A DNA stretch of 64,000 nucleotides from Haliotis cracherodii (lineage: Eukaryota): the NCBI RefSeq assembly GCF_022045235.1, contig NW_027266275.1:24180001-24244000 (forward strand). Reading direction: 5' to 3'. This document shows, in pieces, positions 20,834 through 34,991 of the stretch. Within the stretch, counting starts at the first letter, position 1. Every line of letters begins with the position of its first letter. The translations under genes were made by a program, and so were the position numbers. A model generated the notes under the pieces. The model made no database searches, was not told the origin of the DNA, and saw only the letters and a list, made by a program, of their open reading frames with translations.

Positions 20834-23394
20834 GATGTGGCAATGATGATATTGGAAATATATTGCCAAGGCAACAGACACCCATGAATGTCTGTAATAT
20901 GTGAATGATGAAACTTGGTGTGTAGTTGGATACGTGTGTTGTCAAGGGAACATGAAACAATGGCTGAATGTAATCTATGGATAGTGTCCCGCACTTCAGA
21001 CACCGCGAAGAAACATGTACAGTGACAAAAAACACAGGCAGTTATGAGATAAATGTCCAGTTATACGTTTAGTTACTGACACAGGACTTTACAAGAATAC
21101 ATTCAACAGTCAACCGAATACATTTACAAAGATATATATATTTGTATCATGACTGCCTCTATTATTATAAAATCCTGAAATAATAAGGGACATTTGTGTC
21201 CCGCCATTTCCATTCACGACTGCATACTCATAGCGCACCATGAAAACACACTTAAACAGAGAAGTATGCATAAGCTTATCAGATGTGTTTTCAGAGCAGC
21301 TTTAAATGTAGTTAGACATGGAACATCATCTTTGTATGTTCAGAAACTTATTGGTCAGGGATATAGTTGTGCATGAGTAATGTCATTTATCAAACTGCTT
21401 TGAACTTGATATAATTCATGCTTTCAAGTGGAATATTTGCGTAGTTGCTCTTAGTGAGTGACCAGTTAATCTACATCATTAAGTTGATGCACTTAAGCTA
21501 TGCTTGAACAGAAATTGTAAAAGCCAGAAAGATTACTAATAATACTTTGGTTCTGAATAAAAATCACTTTGACGGGTAATATTCTGAACGTATAAACCCA
21601 TATGTTATATCGATATGCCTGGCCCGGTACAAGGATAAGCAGTTTCGGACCCACGGCTCGCTGAAAAGATCAAATCATTATCCCCGCCTCGAGTCTATTA
21701 CAGCTCCCCATAGCATAAAGTACCCCCAACCCCAACCACCCCACCCACCCCACCCCCACATTATTTTACTATTTCATTATTTTGAGGCTTCACACATACT
21801 GTTGGAGGCCAGAAGGGTTCTACTAAAATGTGGAATGTAACACATGTAAACTTTGCTGCCCACCTTAAGTGCAGGTATGAACCTGGGACACTGAGTGCTA
21901 TACTACTGTTGGATTGCTATACATGTTGCAAATCATACAGTGAAAACAGTAGACATATCTTAATTGCTGTCTCACAATTTATATTTTGACATTAAACTGT
22001 ATATATGATAATTGTTTGCCTATGTTTGTTTGTTAGTTTGTTGTTTAACGCCGCACTATTCCAGCTGGATCTATATGACGGCGGTATGTAAGTAATCGTG
22101 TCTTGACCAGACAATCCAGTGTTTGACATCATGAGCATCGATCCATCAATTGGGATACGATGACATGCATCAACCAAGTCAGCCAGCCTGACAACCCGAT
22201 CTCGTTAGTCGGATCTGTGAAGTCTACTCCTCCGACATCAGCATGGATGTCAACTGTGACAGCAGATGAATGAAATGATATTTCACTTTGCAATAAGTAA
22301 AATTACATGGATCAAGGGTCGTAGCTCTGTAAAAAAGTAATTGATGGGACTAAACTTCGACAGACGGAAAGACGGACGGACGGACGGACGAACACTTCGT
22401 GACGGGGGATAATAATGATGACAACAGTGTTAAACACCATTCACTCTTGGACACGAGACGTATTACCATTGGAAACTGTTTTCACGAGGGACAAGTGATC
22501 GTCTGTATGAGACAATCATTCTGAAAGGGATAACTTTTCACGTCAGTGTGGAATGACACGCCATCAAGTCCAAGATTTAGTCCACTACGACAAGCATGAT
22601 ATACAGGGGGGCCTATTCTAAACTGGCCTTCAAAAGGGTTGTTAAAGTGAAAAAAGACTGCACAATCCTGGTGCAGTAAAATCAAAGAGAAAGATTGCGC
22701 CGTATTCAGAATAACGATACAACAGAGATATAGGACAGTCAAGTGTATGTCTGGAAGTGTGGTCGATAGATACATTTGGGATATTTAATTTATCATAACG
22801 TAAGTTACCTCCATATTTGATACCACGATAACGATACCACTTGCATTTAAACAGCATAATAGGGTTAAATACGGGCACAAAGATCATATCCGGTACAAAG
22901 GGCATGTCTTGAAATCCAGTGTTTACCCAACTGGCATGAACATCAGCGAACAGAATCTGGCGACTTACAGTCTCTAGCCTTTGACAGGTGAGGTGAGGTA
23001 AGTGAAGTCAACCGTCAGCGAGCCTGACCAACCGACCCCCTTAGTCGCCTCTTACTGCAATCATGGGTTGCTGAAGACAGGATCTTCACGGGCGGTGTGT
23101 TAATGACAGAGTGGATCTCCGCACCGAACTGAGTAGCTGAGTATGCTTAATGCATACCAACTTACACAATGATGAAAGCAAACGTGGCTGAGAAAGGGAC
23201 ACTAATGTTATTTTCCGACATCATAACACAGAAATTCAGCTTCATGAACGATGGCTTCAAGGCAGACATCCTTCATTCATGTAAGAGTATAAACAGACTA
23301 GATTATCTACCGAAAGAGATTCCATTTAGCGCAAACGGGCAAAGTAGCTGTGCAAATTATGTGAATGGACCACTGAAAATCAGAGATGACACCA

Positions 23395-23504
23395 GGGCCC
23401 ACTTGCACAAAGCGATCTTAGCGCTACGACTATTGTAAGCCTATGTTAAAGTATGGGAGTTACGATCATCTTAGCGCTAAGATCGCTTTGTGCAAGTTGG
23501 GTTC
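23395..23504. mobile_element. Short palindromic MITE (second copy about 45703-45803)
   Basis: acttgcacaaagcgatcttagcgcta...tagcgctaagatcgctttgtgcaagt. Confidence 0.7.
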
Positions 23505-23757
23505 AGGTGTCGCGAAAAGGTAACGATAAAGTAACGATAAACGCCTTATTTTTGCACTTTACACAAAGAGTGCCAAACTCTATTGGAATAACATGCCTGT
23601 GTTTTCACAAGTCATTTATAGCCAATAAAAGCTTCAAGCTAAAACACATATTTGGAAAAGAAAACAACATCAGACAACCGATTTAACACTAGGGTTTGGC
23701 AGCCATTACATGAATCTGTTTTTGACAGGACAAGGCCATTATTTGACACATCTTTGG

Positions 23758-24299
23758 CATCTTCCCGAGGCAATAGAGTTAACTGACTTTAAAAGTCCAG
23801 TTTCCACCCTTGCCGAACTTTGCTAGATTTCCAGGGCTCGATCGTAGTGCCACCAGTGGCTATTACGAGTTATGTTCCTTCTATGCCTCTCCTATGGACC
23901 AATCAGATTCCACCTCTCGTATCACTTGCGTTTGGTTCACACAAAATGGTGGCGCCCAGTCAAAACGATCTGATCGATAATCAAGATCTATATTGTGATA
24001 AAACGGAACTTACATCGCGAAATGCATCAAATCACGTGAGCACCTTGATTAAAAAAATGAAAAGATTTGGAAAATATCTGCTGACAACGAGTTGGCAGTG
24101 CAAATGTTTTGCAAATTCTGCAATCGACCGAAAATCTGCACGACAGTTTTCGAACTGGATTTCGATTTCGGTGAGCGAATTTGATCGGACTATGCATAGA
24201 CTCGTTAGTCCAGCCAATATGTAACTCCATAATACCAGCCTAGTTCGGCAAAGGTGGAAACTGGACTTTTATAGTCAGTTAACTCACTTGCCTCGGGAA
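23758..24299. mobile_element. Non-autonomous DNA transposon with about 60-bp TIRs
   Basis: 23762-23819 is the inverted repeat of 24242-24299. A TIR-only derivative lies at 47800-47897. Confidence 0.75.
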
Positions 24300-25481
24300 T
24301 GAGTTGGTTGTTTTTTATATAACTTCCTTAGATCACCGTAATGGTGAATCCAACAATATTGTTCATTAATTTATAATTCTGTAGGACATTTCCTTTATAG
24401 ATCGCGTCCAAGATTATTGCACTTATATAGCGACGTGGATGTACGTGTGTGTGTTTGTGTGGCTGCTTGTACTAGTCCGGACTGATGCCGATTTACAGTG
24501 CTAGCTCACTGAGATACCTTGCCGCAGTTTAACATGAATATCCCACTCAGACACAGTATACTGACTCCGAGCCGACCAGTTCTTGTTTTAGCCCCTTAAT
24601 GCCGAGCGCCAGACAGAGTAACGACAAGTACCATCTTTTAACGTCTTTTGGTATGACGCGGCCAGGGATCGAACCCCGGACCATTTCGCTGGACAACCCA
24701 TATCAGAGTGTGTTCAAATAGCGTTGCTCAAGGTCTTTTTAAACTCCGTAACACTTGAGATAGACACAATATGTAACAAGAGTAAATATGCAGCTGTGGT
24801 TTCTAAATAAAACTTGAGATATCATTTCTTGAATGTCTAAGTGGAAACAAAACTTTTTTTTAACCGGCTGCGTCATACCAAAAGACGTTAAAAGATGACA
24901 CTTGTTGTTACCCTGCCTGGTGCTCGGCATTAAGGTGATTAAACAAGGACTGGCCGGCGCGGAGTCAGTATATTGTGTCTGAGTGGGGTATTCGTGTTAA
25001 ACTGCGGCTGGGTGGCTCTGTGGGCCAGCACTTTAAAACCGATATGAGTCTGGACTAGTACAAGCAGCACGTTGTTGTACACGCGCAATAATCTTGAACG
25101 CGATGTCACACTCATTTCACCTGACCTCACCTCTGAAACATAATTCGTTCCAAGGAATGGAGTCAGGTTAACAGTTAGGTTACGGCCTTGTACATGCTTT
25201 TGTGCAGGAAGGAAATAATATCAGCCTCGAGTAATCAACGAAGAAACGTGGTCAGGCTGTGTTGATCGTTGCTCATGGTGTCAGTCACTGGATTGCCTGG
25301 TCCAGACTTGATTATTTACAGACCGCAGTAATATAGCTGGATATTGCTGAGTAGGGCGTTAAACAACAAACAAACCTCAGATATATTAATACAAAGTCAT
25401 ATGTCGAGACTTTGATGATAACCACAGATATGAATAATGAGCATTGTGCTGAAAAACAAGGACCAACACGAATATCTAGTT

Positions 25482-26135
25482 CATCATCATCATCATCATC
25501 ATTTATTGTATTCAGGCCATAGGCCCATATACATACAATAATATTATATTTATACAATTTTGTAAAAGTATAAACATGCAGACTTATAAATACAATTTTG
25601 TGAAAAAGAAATCGCATCACAACACAACAAGAGGAGAGTAAAGCATTTGATTAATAAAGGCAAATAACCTCAAGAATAATTAAACATCATTTGTACAAAG
25701 GCGGTTGCGAAGTCGTAAACCATAATTAATGTAGATAGTATTCTTTTGTTGCTCGTTAGATATTTCATCAAAACGGAGCAGCTTGATTAGTGTCTTGATG
25801 TTTTGGGGTAAACCTTGGAAATATTTTGTTCTGAGCGATTCGTAACATGGACAGATAAGCATAAAATGGTATTCGTTTTCAATAAATGTGGGGCAAAAAG
25901 GACAAAAACGCATATTTTTTTAAACTGAGGAAAAACGACCCGTATTACATACTAAATTGTTCAAACCTAATCTAAAACGTGTAAAACACACTCTAAGTTT
26001 TCTGTCTGTTATTTCTGTTAAGTACTGTTCTGCAGATAAGCAGGATTTAAATGTTTTATAAAGGTCGTATCTTGAACTATTTTCCAGTGTAGCTCTCCAT
26101 TCTTGGATAAACATATCAGATGCAATTTGTTTAAA
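25482..26135 (-). mobile_element. 3' fragment of a second LINE family (CR1/RTEX-like C-terminus)
   Basis: SSRYDLYKTFK...FRLG...GR, then CPFC...ENEYHFMLICPCY. AATAAA followed by a (TGA)n tail at about 25482-25507. Confidence 0.75.
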
Positions 26136-26457
26136 TACACTTGTCGTAAGAGGCGACTAATGGGATCGGGTTGTCAGGCTTGCTGACCTGGTTGATCAAT
26201 GTCATCGTATCCTAATTGTGTAGATCGTTGCTCATGATGTCAGTCACTGGATTGCCTGGTCCAGACTTGATTATTTACAGACCGCGGTTATATAGCTGGA
26301 CATTGCTGAGTACGGCGTTAAGCAACAAACAAACCACAGATATGTTGATACAATGTCATATATCGAGACTTACGTAACTGTAATATTTCATCCAACCCAG
26401 TGCCTTGTATCAGCTAGCACATGCCTTGCAGAATCACATACACGTTTCTTATCTTTC

Positions 26458-26738
26458 CGGGGGCACGGGTGGCCCAGTCATCTAAGGCTCCGCGATTCGC
26501 TGTGCAGAGTTGCGTCCCTTGGGCACGCCAGAAACCTATGATTGTGGGTTCGAATCCCGGTTCGCCCCGATTATGTTTCTAGGTTTGTCAGCACCATACC
26601 CGTGCTCGTGGGTTTCACCGAAGTGGTAAACGTCTGAAACCTGCATCACTTCGGGCTTTCCTCCCACATTAAGCTGACACGCCGTGATATAACTGGAATA
26701 CTGTTAAAAGCGGCGTTAAACCCAACTCACTCACTCAC
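26458..26738 (+). mobile_element. SINE family C (tRNA-like head, V-domain-like core)
   Basis: ctcgtgggtttc...tttcctcccaca core. Other copies: about 17309-17590, 32510-32640, 40795-40910(-), 55495-55600. Confidence 0.85.
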
Positions 26739-27858
26739 CCTTACTGGTCACGTGACTAAATATAATGCAGGACACAGATGACACACACTTACATAACGAC
26801 GGTAATATAGGTCGCAACAGGGGGTGGGGAGGGGTGAGGTGAGGTGAGGTTGGACGGGGTGGGGTGGGGTGGGGTGGTTTATTGCCGAGTAATACGTCTT
26901 CTGGTCAGCAGGCATATGCTCTGTGTGTGTGGTTGAACATGAAAGGCGTTAGGGTATTTAGCTGATTGTGCACCTTGGCTTAATGGAGGTACTGTCGGAC
27001 AGATCTGTCACTGTGCCAGCACTCCACTGCAGATGGAAATCGGCTTTCCCTGATTCTATAGACAGACCTGGGCTGACAGCAGCGTGATGCTTATGGGTAC
27101 ATATAATATTTACATATGTAATCATATGAAGAGAATGTATTCCTAATCTAGTTCAATAACATGCTTATCCCAATGAGAAATAAAATGACAGAGAATATTG
27201 AATGTCACTTCTCTCTTAACGTTACTCGATACATGACAAAAGCCACAGCATGATTGTGGGAACAAGGTCTTTATGAGACATCAGCATCAACACACACAAG
27301 CTAAACTGACCGGCAAAAAAATCATACCGAGTTTGTTTTTTATGTAACTTAAAATTAAAAGAACTGTTGTTAAATTGGATTATGTCTGATCAATCATTCC
27401 TGTAAGTTATCCCCTACCATGAAATGTAAATTTGAGCGAAAAACTATAAAATATAAGATGTCTAAGATACCCATCGGCAGTTGTCTACTATCCGAATTTT
27501 GTTTCTTAATTTAAGAAAATTTAAATCAAATTATTGTAAAAAAAAATTAAAAATCATCTAGAAGTATTCTTTGAGTGCTGACTAAGCGCAAATAAAGTCA
27601 CCTTTTTATATATAATATCACTAACTAGAGATATTAATAAATGAAAATCAAACATATAATACAATTGAGAGTTATAGATTCTTTTGCCCCACAGTTTATA
27701 TGTAAGAATAATGATAATGATGGTTTATTAAGGCCACGTTAAAAAACAGTATTAATTAACATGACATGCGAACAGAATCAACAACTATACGCCTGAAACA
27801 CGTCTGGATTATTTGTATCATCATTTCTTTAAATCATTTCTAATTCTTAGTAGCATGT

Positions 27859-28386
27859 CTAACACGAAAACTTAATATTTGATGTTGTTGAATTATCAAT
27901 TACGAATCTCCCAGCGTTAGGTGTAGCAATACATCGCCCGCTTACAGACAAATTAGCAAATAGCCAATCGGACACATAGCCGTTGGGTTTATAACCTGAT
28001 ATTTCATTCATGAGCTGGCCACTACTTGGCTGTGAACCAACCGACACATCTATAAATCGTACATTGGATGAAGTTCCATTGATCCCTGCCGGCATGGTCC
28101 AGAAAACAAAACGAGGACAAAAACCTTCAAGACGAATGTTTTGAAACACCACATTATTCATGTTGATGACCTTGACGTTTCCAGCCAGATCGAACACTGC
28201 ATTGTTTCTACTAAGCATACCACAGTCGCGGTCGTGGAATGTACACCAGTCCGTGTGAATGACGTCGATGTTGCTGATGCTGACTCTGTGAAGGTCACGT
28301 TCCGTCCACCAGCCTGTTTGGAATACGGCACCATTTTGCATTTGCCAGATGACCACTCTCTGTATCGTCATATCGTTGTTGTACAC
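27859..28386 (-). CDS. GH49-like hydrolase A, exon 2
   Basis: Acceptor ttttccttatag, then VYNNDM...VVIWQMQNGAVFQTGWW...IDVIHTDW. The joined protein is 477 aa. Confidence 0.88.
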   Translation of the reverse strand: MYNNDMTIQRVVIWQMQNGAVFQTGWWTERDLHRVSISNIDVIHTDWCTFHDRDCGMLSRNNAVFDLAGNVKVINMNNVVFQNIRLEGFCPRFVFWTMPAGINGTSSNVRFIDVSVGSQPSSGQLMNEISGYKPNGYVSDWLFANLSVSGRCIATPNAGRFVIDNSTTSNIKFSC

Positions 28387-29357
28387 CTATAAGGAAAACT
28401 AACATTCAAAAAGTCGTTCAAGATATTCAAGGAACCATCGAGCAAGACTGGAATCTCTGAGTAAAAGGTGACTTAGCGACATATGACTCTTGCTTAGAAG
28501 TTGTTTGATCACCTTTACAACATTCAAGGATTCAGTAAAGCTTTCAAAAATGTTTATGGAGGACATTTCCAAATTTGACGCATCAGTGACAAAAATGATG
28601 TCCGATGCAGTTCCCTGTTTTGACTTGTTCCATAATGTTCCCGTGTTTTTCAGGTGAACATCGACTTGCCCGTGCATGTGTTTGTGACGGGTGCCGCAGG
28701 ATACGCTCACATTTTCGCGAACACCTGGTATCATTACTATTTGATAGTGATTCATAAACACATGCTCAGGATATAATGTGAATCGTACAATCGACTCTGT
28801 TTTATGCAGAGATTTCTATTGGATATGGAAAGGGTTGTGTTGCTTTATTTATATGTGCAATGGATAACTAAGTGTACGATGGTTTTGAGTGAGGTCAAAC
28901 TAATCCTAAGAAACCTATTCTTGATTATAGTTAGATTATAATGTTTTTTTTGTTTTTTTTATTGTTTGTTTGTTGTTCAACGCCGCACTTAGCCGCACCG
29001 ACGGCGGTCTGTAAATAATCGAGTCTGAATCAGACTATCCAGTGATTGACATCATGCCCATCAATCCACGCATTTGGGATACGATGACACTCATCAACAA
29101 AGTCAGCGAGTCTGACCACCCGTTCCCGTTTGTCCCCTCTTACGACAAGCATAGTCACCTTTTACAGCAAGCATGGGTTGCTGAAGACCTATTCTACCCA
29201 GATTGTAATGTTTGTAGGGGCTATAGTAATGTTTAATCTGTAGCGCTATTAACGAAGCTAAAACATAAATAATACAGATGGAATTGATGAATTGATAATT
29301 TATATGCTATCATATCTGAAACACACAGAGTTGTTAGATGTTAAAGTCTGGCATTAC

Positions 29358-30263
29358 CTTGAGTGAGTCGTCATTGGCCATAATGAACACGTCCTCCACC
29401 AAACCACCAACGCCCATCTCAATACCGTCAGTATTGTAAGGCCAGGCGCCCACCATCTTGACCTGTTTAATGATGTTGTTGGGACTTTGGGCGAATATGA
29501 AAAACTGTTGGGGATCACTTAACGTTATGCCTTCAATTGTGTGATTAGTGCCTTGTGCAGTGTTGATCAACGACCACTGAAATCGCTTGTCATGAAATTT
29601 GTACTTGCGGCCTGAACAGATCCCTCTTCCATGGAACTTGACCTTTGTGTTATCTGTGGTGATGAACCCTCCATCAACGAAAGCTCCAGCACTGATGTAA
29701 ACCTCTTTTATACTCGAGTTCAATCTGACTTGACCGTCAAGATAATGCACACCGACGTCAAAGAACATTACCGAGGGGTCACTCTTAGAAGGAACGTCTC
29801 TCTCCAAAGGTTCTGCAAAGATCAGCAGCTTGTCGACTATGTCGGACTTCCAACTGCCGTAGTCATTATCAAACTCTACAGACATCATAGTAGAATTCCG
29901 AGTCACTGTAAACCTAGCCGTCTTGTTCCCCACCCTACTGCAGGCGTACCCGTAACTTACCGGGCGAACCAGACACTGACTGAAGTCCTTCTGTGTCCTG
30001 ACCTCAACGATTACCGGACCACGACTGAATGCAAAAGACGACCATGACACGGAGCGGTTGGGATGGACGTAGTGGTTCTCGATATGTCTGTGGTTCGAGG
30101 TCGTCTTGTAAGTGAAGGTACCCAATAATGGATCCCCGAGACCTACCAATACCTCATACTTATCTGATGACTCCATGGTCGGAGGTGCAGGGTATATGAC
30201 CAGCTCGGCCATATATCCGCCCATCATTGTCATTACTAGGTAGATGACTGGACACACATCCAT
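29358..30263 (-). CDS. Secreted GH49-like glycoside hydrolase A, exon 1
   Basis: Hydrophobic N-terminus, then VYISAGAFVDGG, GRGICSG, WPYNTDG, FIMANDDSLK. Donor AAG|GTAATG, phase 0. Confidence 0.88.
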
Positions 30264-31599
30264 GCTGTTTTAGTACACTATGGTGAATGGCTACCTGCTA
30301 TGTTATTTATCAAACGTTTACACTCCACGATAGCTGTTATCGTGTTGCTTGATATTGACAGGATCAGATAACGAATATATCATGTCATATATGACGTACA
30401 TTTCAACATCTCAAATGCACTGTGTCTGTTGATAGGGTATGAGACATATGGGTATATCTCGTCGGCCAAAATGTTTCGTGGGCTCCTGGAAGAAAACAAA
30501 ACACAAAGATCACACTGTCAATGTTTGCTAGATTTGAAGACGTGTGTGTTGAAGCAATATCCTTGGATGGTTTGATAATATTCTCATTTATTTAAAGAAA
30601 CGTTGTTCCCTTCGCTGAAACCAAAGAACATCAACACCTTATGAGTTGGTTTAGATTCAACATTTTTAGCTATACTGGAAGGCAAAAGAAAGTCGCCATG
30701 GGCATTATTATACAGAGAATGGTCGATATGCGTTTTGGCGACCTGTTCAGAAATGGTTTCTGGTGGTATGACCTTGGACATTCACACATAGTTCAGTTCG
30801 AGCAAATCATGCAAAATGCACGTGCAAATTGTTGCTTCGCCGACATGCTTTCTCTTGTGTTCACATCCAGCAGACAGTTGAGGCAATAGCTGCCAATGAT
30901 GCTGGCTGATGCACTGCCATTGTATAAACAATGTCATGTTTGACGGCAGCCTGCAAATATTAGAAGTTAGTCCGTATTGTTGATTCCTCGCTTCTATAGT
31001 GGCACTTGTCATCGTATTCCAATTGCGTGGATCGATGCTCACGATATCAATCACTGGATTGTCTGGTCCAGACTCGATTATTTACAGACCGCCGTCATAT
31101 AGCTGGAATATTGCTGAGTGCGGCGTTAAACAACAAACCAACCAACCAACCATAGTCGCACTGACATCCTGATGGAATTACTTTGGGTGACTATTGGGCT
31201 GTCATGGGACCCCTGTCGTGAAACTTGTTCCCGTACAATGCATTGTAAACTCTGTCTTTGTTCTGATCTCGACTGTCACGGGACTGTCTGAGAAAGACGA
31301 TTTCCTGTTAGGTTCAACAGACAACGCATCTTTCACTCTGTTCTTTGACTCTGTAATGTAAGTGAATTGAATACCTTTCAAACCACATTGTGATGCATCG
31401 ACGTGGACGTTATGACCCAGGGACGCCTGATGTGGATGGGTACATATCTAAATCGCAAACGGCTTCGGAAATGTAAATACCTAACATCAAAGCCGTGAAC
31501 GTGTGACAAAGAGCAGCTATAGCATTAGGAGGGATCACACACTGTCATAACTGAAATTGCTCGTTGTCTCAACTGAAAAGTCTCGTTGTCTGCCAAAAC

Positions 31600-33340
31600 C
31601 ATGCATCGGTACTATCCACTTTTGACATGACTCTTTAACCTGAAGACATGTCCATGACATGTACTGGATTCCAAAGCTCTATAAAGATCCGTACAAAGAG
31701 GGGTATATTGCTGGGTACAACAAATGTGCCACCAAATCCCTGTCTCAAAGATTAACCACAATCCTTAATACAATCAAGGAAGGACTTTCATTATATTCAC
31801 AGGGAGTGTTTGAGACAAGAGGAATGAATACCATGTGGGTTCTCAAAAACTCAAATCACGATGACCTTTTATAATCTCAGAAAAGAACTAGGTTCAATTA
31901 TGTCAAAGTATTTGAGTTTTCGGTGGATGACTTTGTGTGCTGGCGATTGGTGCCTCAATCTGGGAGTTTCGAATTCCGGATGGGACTCAACCATAAAAAT
32001 TTCTAGAATTTGTACTTCACTAAGGAAGTGTTATCCCAAATATCACAATTGTTACCTATGACGGTCGTACAAGGTGACTGAATAGATTGTATGGACAGGT
32101 TCAGTGAACTGGTTTGTCGTGTGTCATTGTACCCAGACAGCGTGGATCATAACACTTAATATCAATCACTGGACTCTCCGGACCAAACTCCATTATTTAC
32201 ATTATTAACGAGGTAATAAACCATCAAATATATCGCATGTATACTTCCGACATTTCAGATAATGATCTGATGGTCATATTCCATCAGTGTAACTACTATC
32301 TTAAGGACAACTGAATATCGCATTTCATCATTATTTCCCTTATCGGAATATTGCAAATATTCATATGGTTGTGTCTATATTATCTGAACTAAAGTATGTC
32401 TAGATATCATCTGTTGTGCATTAGATGGTTGTTCAAAATTGAACAACAGGCACTTTCTATGATTTATTCATACTTTTAAGATCATATATCTATTATTGCT
32501 ATATATCCGGGGGCAAGGGTGACCCAGTCGTCTAAGGCGCCGCGATTCGCTGTGCAGAGTTGCGTCCCTTAGGCACGCCAGAAACCTATGATTGTGGGTT
32601 TGAATCCCGGTTCGAACCGATTATGTTTCTAGGTTTGTCAGAAAAGAACTAGGTTCAATTATGTCAAAGTATTTGAGTTTTCGGTGGATGACTATGTGTG
32701 CTGGCGATTGGTGCCTCAATCTGGGAGTTTGGGTTCGAATTCCGAATGGGACTCAACCATAAAAAGTTCTAGAATTTGTACTTCACTAAGGAAGTGTTAT
32801 CCCAAATATCACAATTGTTACCTATGACGGTCGTACAAGGCGACTGAATAGATTGTATGGACAGGTTCATCTCTTTCATATTAAGATCTATGCATAAATG
32901 TTCTGAGTGACACAAAACTGTCCACAAGAATGTATTACAAGAGGGATAACTTCAACTTTCCAATGGTCAACTTTCCCTTTATGTCCAGCCTTTAAAGAGC
33001 CTCTTACGACTCTTGGTAAACAATTTTTTATCCGGTCTCAGCATTCAAAGGCCTCAGTTTAAAAAAAGTTTTATGGTACATATGTGGAGGATATTTCCAA
33101 ATGTGACGTATTAGTGAAAAACTTAATGTCCAATGCTATTCCATTTTTTTACTTGTACCATATATTACCCTGTTTTGTTCAGATGAACAACTGACTTGTC
33201 TTTCCATGTGTTAGTGACATCTGCCACACGTGGTATCATCACTATTAATATCGATTCATAACACATGCGTAATTGTACAATGGCTCTGCTTTTAGCAGAG
33301 AATTTCTTACGATTATGGTAAGGGTTTTGTCGTTTTATGG
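31600..33340 (+). mobile_element. Interrupted Penelope-like (Naiad/Chlamys-type) remnant
   Basis: MYWIPKLYKDPYK...MWVLKNS at 31659-31874. It resumes near 32870 (KLSTRMYYKRDNFNFPMVNFPF) after inserted and duplicated repeats. Confidence 0.7.
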
Positions 33341-34453
33341 TTTTACCGGTATGGTGCTGACAAACTAAGGATCAGAAACGTCATGAATCTGCGATTCGGG
33401 TCCACACTGGTATAATTAATACCTTCTGCTGCAGCCACTTTCTACGCGGAAATATATTTCTTCGCAAATTCTACAGGGTACAAGGTTACTGTATTAGTAA
33501 GTGAAGAAAACGTGTGACATGTTCTTTTTATGTTTTGCATGTTTTGTTAGGGTTAATGTAAAAAACAGGTGTGCTTAAGTTGGAAATCGAATCCACGTGC
33601 ACGTTTACGACATGACGAGATAAACGCTTAACGGCTGGGCAAGCTGAATATGTACATTGGTATACTGCAGCGGTCGTTTTGGAGAAGCCGTTCCAGCTGC
33701 GGATGAACTCGAGTGCATGAAGGATAAACGCAAATGAAGATGCATGTGACAGCCTTTAGATGATATTACCACTGAACGTATTCTCCGATTGTCATAATAT
33801 ACATCATATAAGCAACGTCCACCTGGGAGATATCAGCTGTGTCAACTGGGTCAAATTTGTTTGTTTGATGTTTAACGCCTCACTCAGGAATATCCAGCTT
33901 TATGACGGCGGTCTGACAATCCAGTGATTGACATTATGAGCATCGATCCACGCAATTGGGATATGATGACATACATCAACCAAGTCAACGCGCCTGACAA
34001 CCCGATCCCGTTAGTCGCCTCTTAGGACAAGCATAGTCGCCTTTTACGGCAAGCATGGGTTGCTGAAGACCTATTCTATACCGGATCTTCACGGGTTTTA
34101 TAGGAGATAAAAAAAATCACGAAGGATGGTAACTCATTTGGGACCTGCCCTTTGTGTTAGATATTAACCATGAAACTTTCGTGGAATTCAACATTTGTTA
34201 TCCACGCATTGAAATTCGTTTATTTAGTTTGGGCTAGGCTACCAAGTGGTTGATAACATGAACAACAATTCAACCCAACGGGATATGTTGACACATAAAC
34301 ATCCAGGTCAAACATTGTGACCACTAGATCTTTATTGCATTGGCTCGTGCGACAAGTATGGGTTATGTGGACATATTCTACCGAGCAATCCTCACGAGAA
34401 CTTTTGCAAATATTGCAGTGTGTTTTGATGTTTTAAACGACTTTCCATTAATA

Positions 34454-34991
34454 TCATCCAATGATAGGACTAGTACCGCATACAATGTTGATGTTGTGTG
34501 TCGTATGCGAGTCAACCGAAAAGTGTCCTGCACCTGTGTTACTGACACAGTGGCCGCCACACCGGAGATTGACAAACTACAAGTTCTGGATAGGAGCTCT
34601 TGGTGTGCCTGCTATAATGTTATGCATGCTGCTCGATACGGATTCAACATAGATGTTCTCGAAACGCAGATTGCTAACTTTTCCCACAGCTCCGTTGTAG
34701 AGTTTCCGCTCTACCAGTCTCGGACATTCTCCCTCAATTCGGATGTCCTTGAGAATGGTGTCATCGACGTGAAACTCGTGGGTGTGGCCGGACACGGTGA
34801 AGACAAGCAGCATTAGGCTGAAGATGACAGTTATCTCCCTTGTAAGCGCACCAATCCATATGTATAATGTCCACGTCGGAGACCCGGATGTCATGAACGT
34901 TCCTGGACTTGCACCATCCGAACTGGAAGATGGCTCCGAACTGCATCTGCCACACGACTGTTCGCCTGATAATCAAGCCGGTATGGAACAC
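34454..34991 (-). pseudogene. GH49-like pseudogene (exon 2)
   Basis: Acceptor ttttttcag. Colinear with the paralogs down to PIIG-stop, but has a 1-nt frameshift near 34807 and an in-frame TAG at 34577-34579. No intact exon 1 upstream. Confidence 0.85.

Noticed and set aside
26820-26878. G-quadruplex-forming (GGGGT)n tract
   Set aside because: Common simple repeat with no functional context evident.
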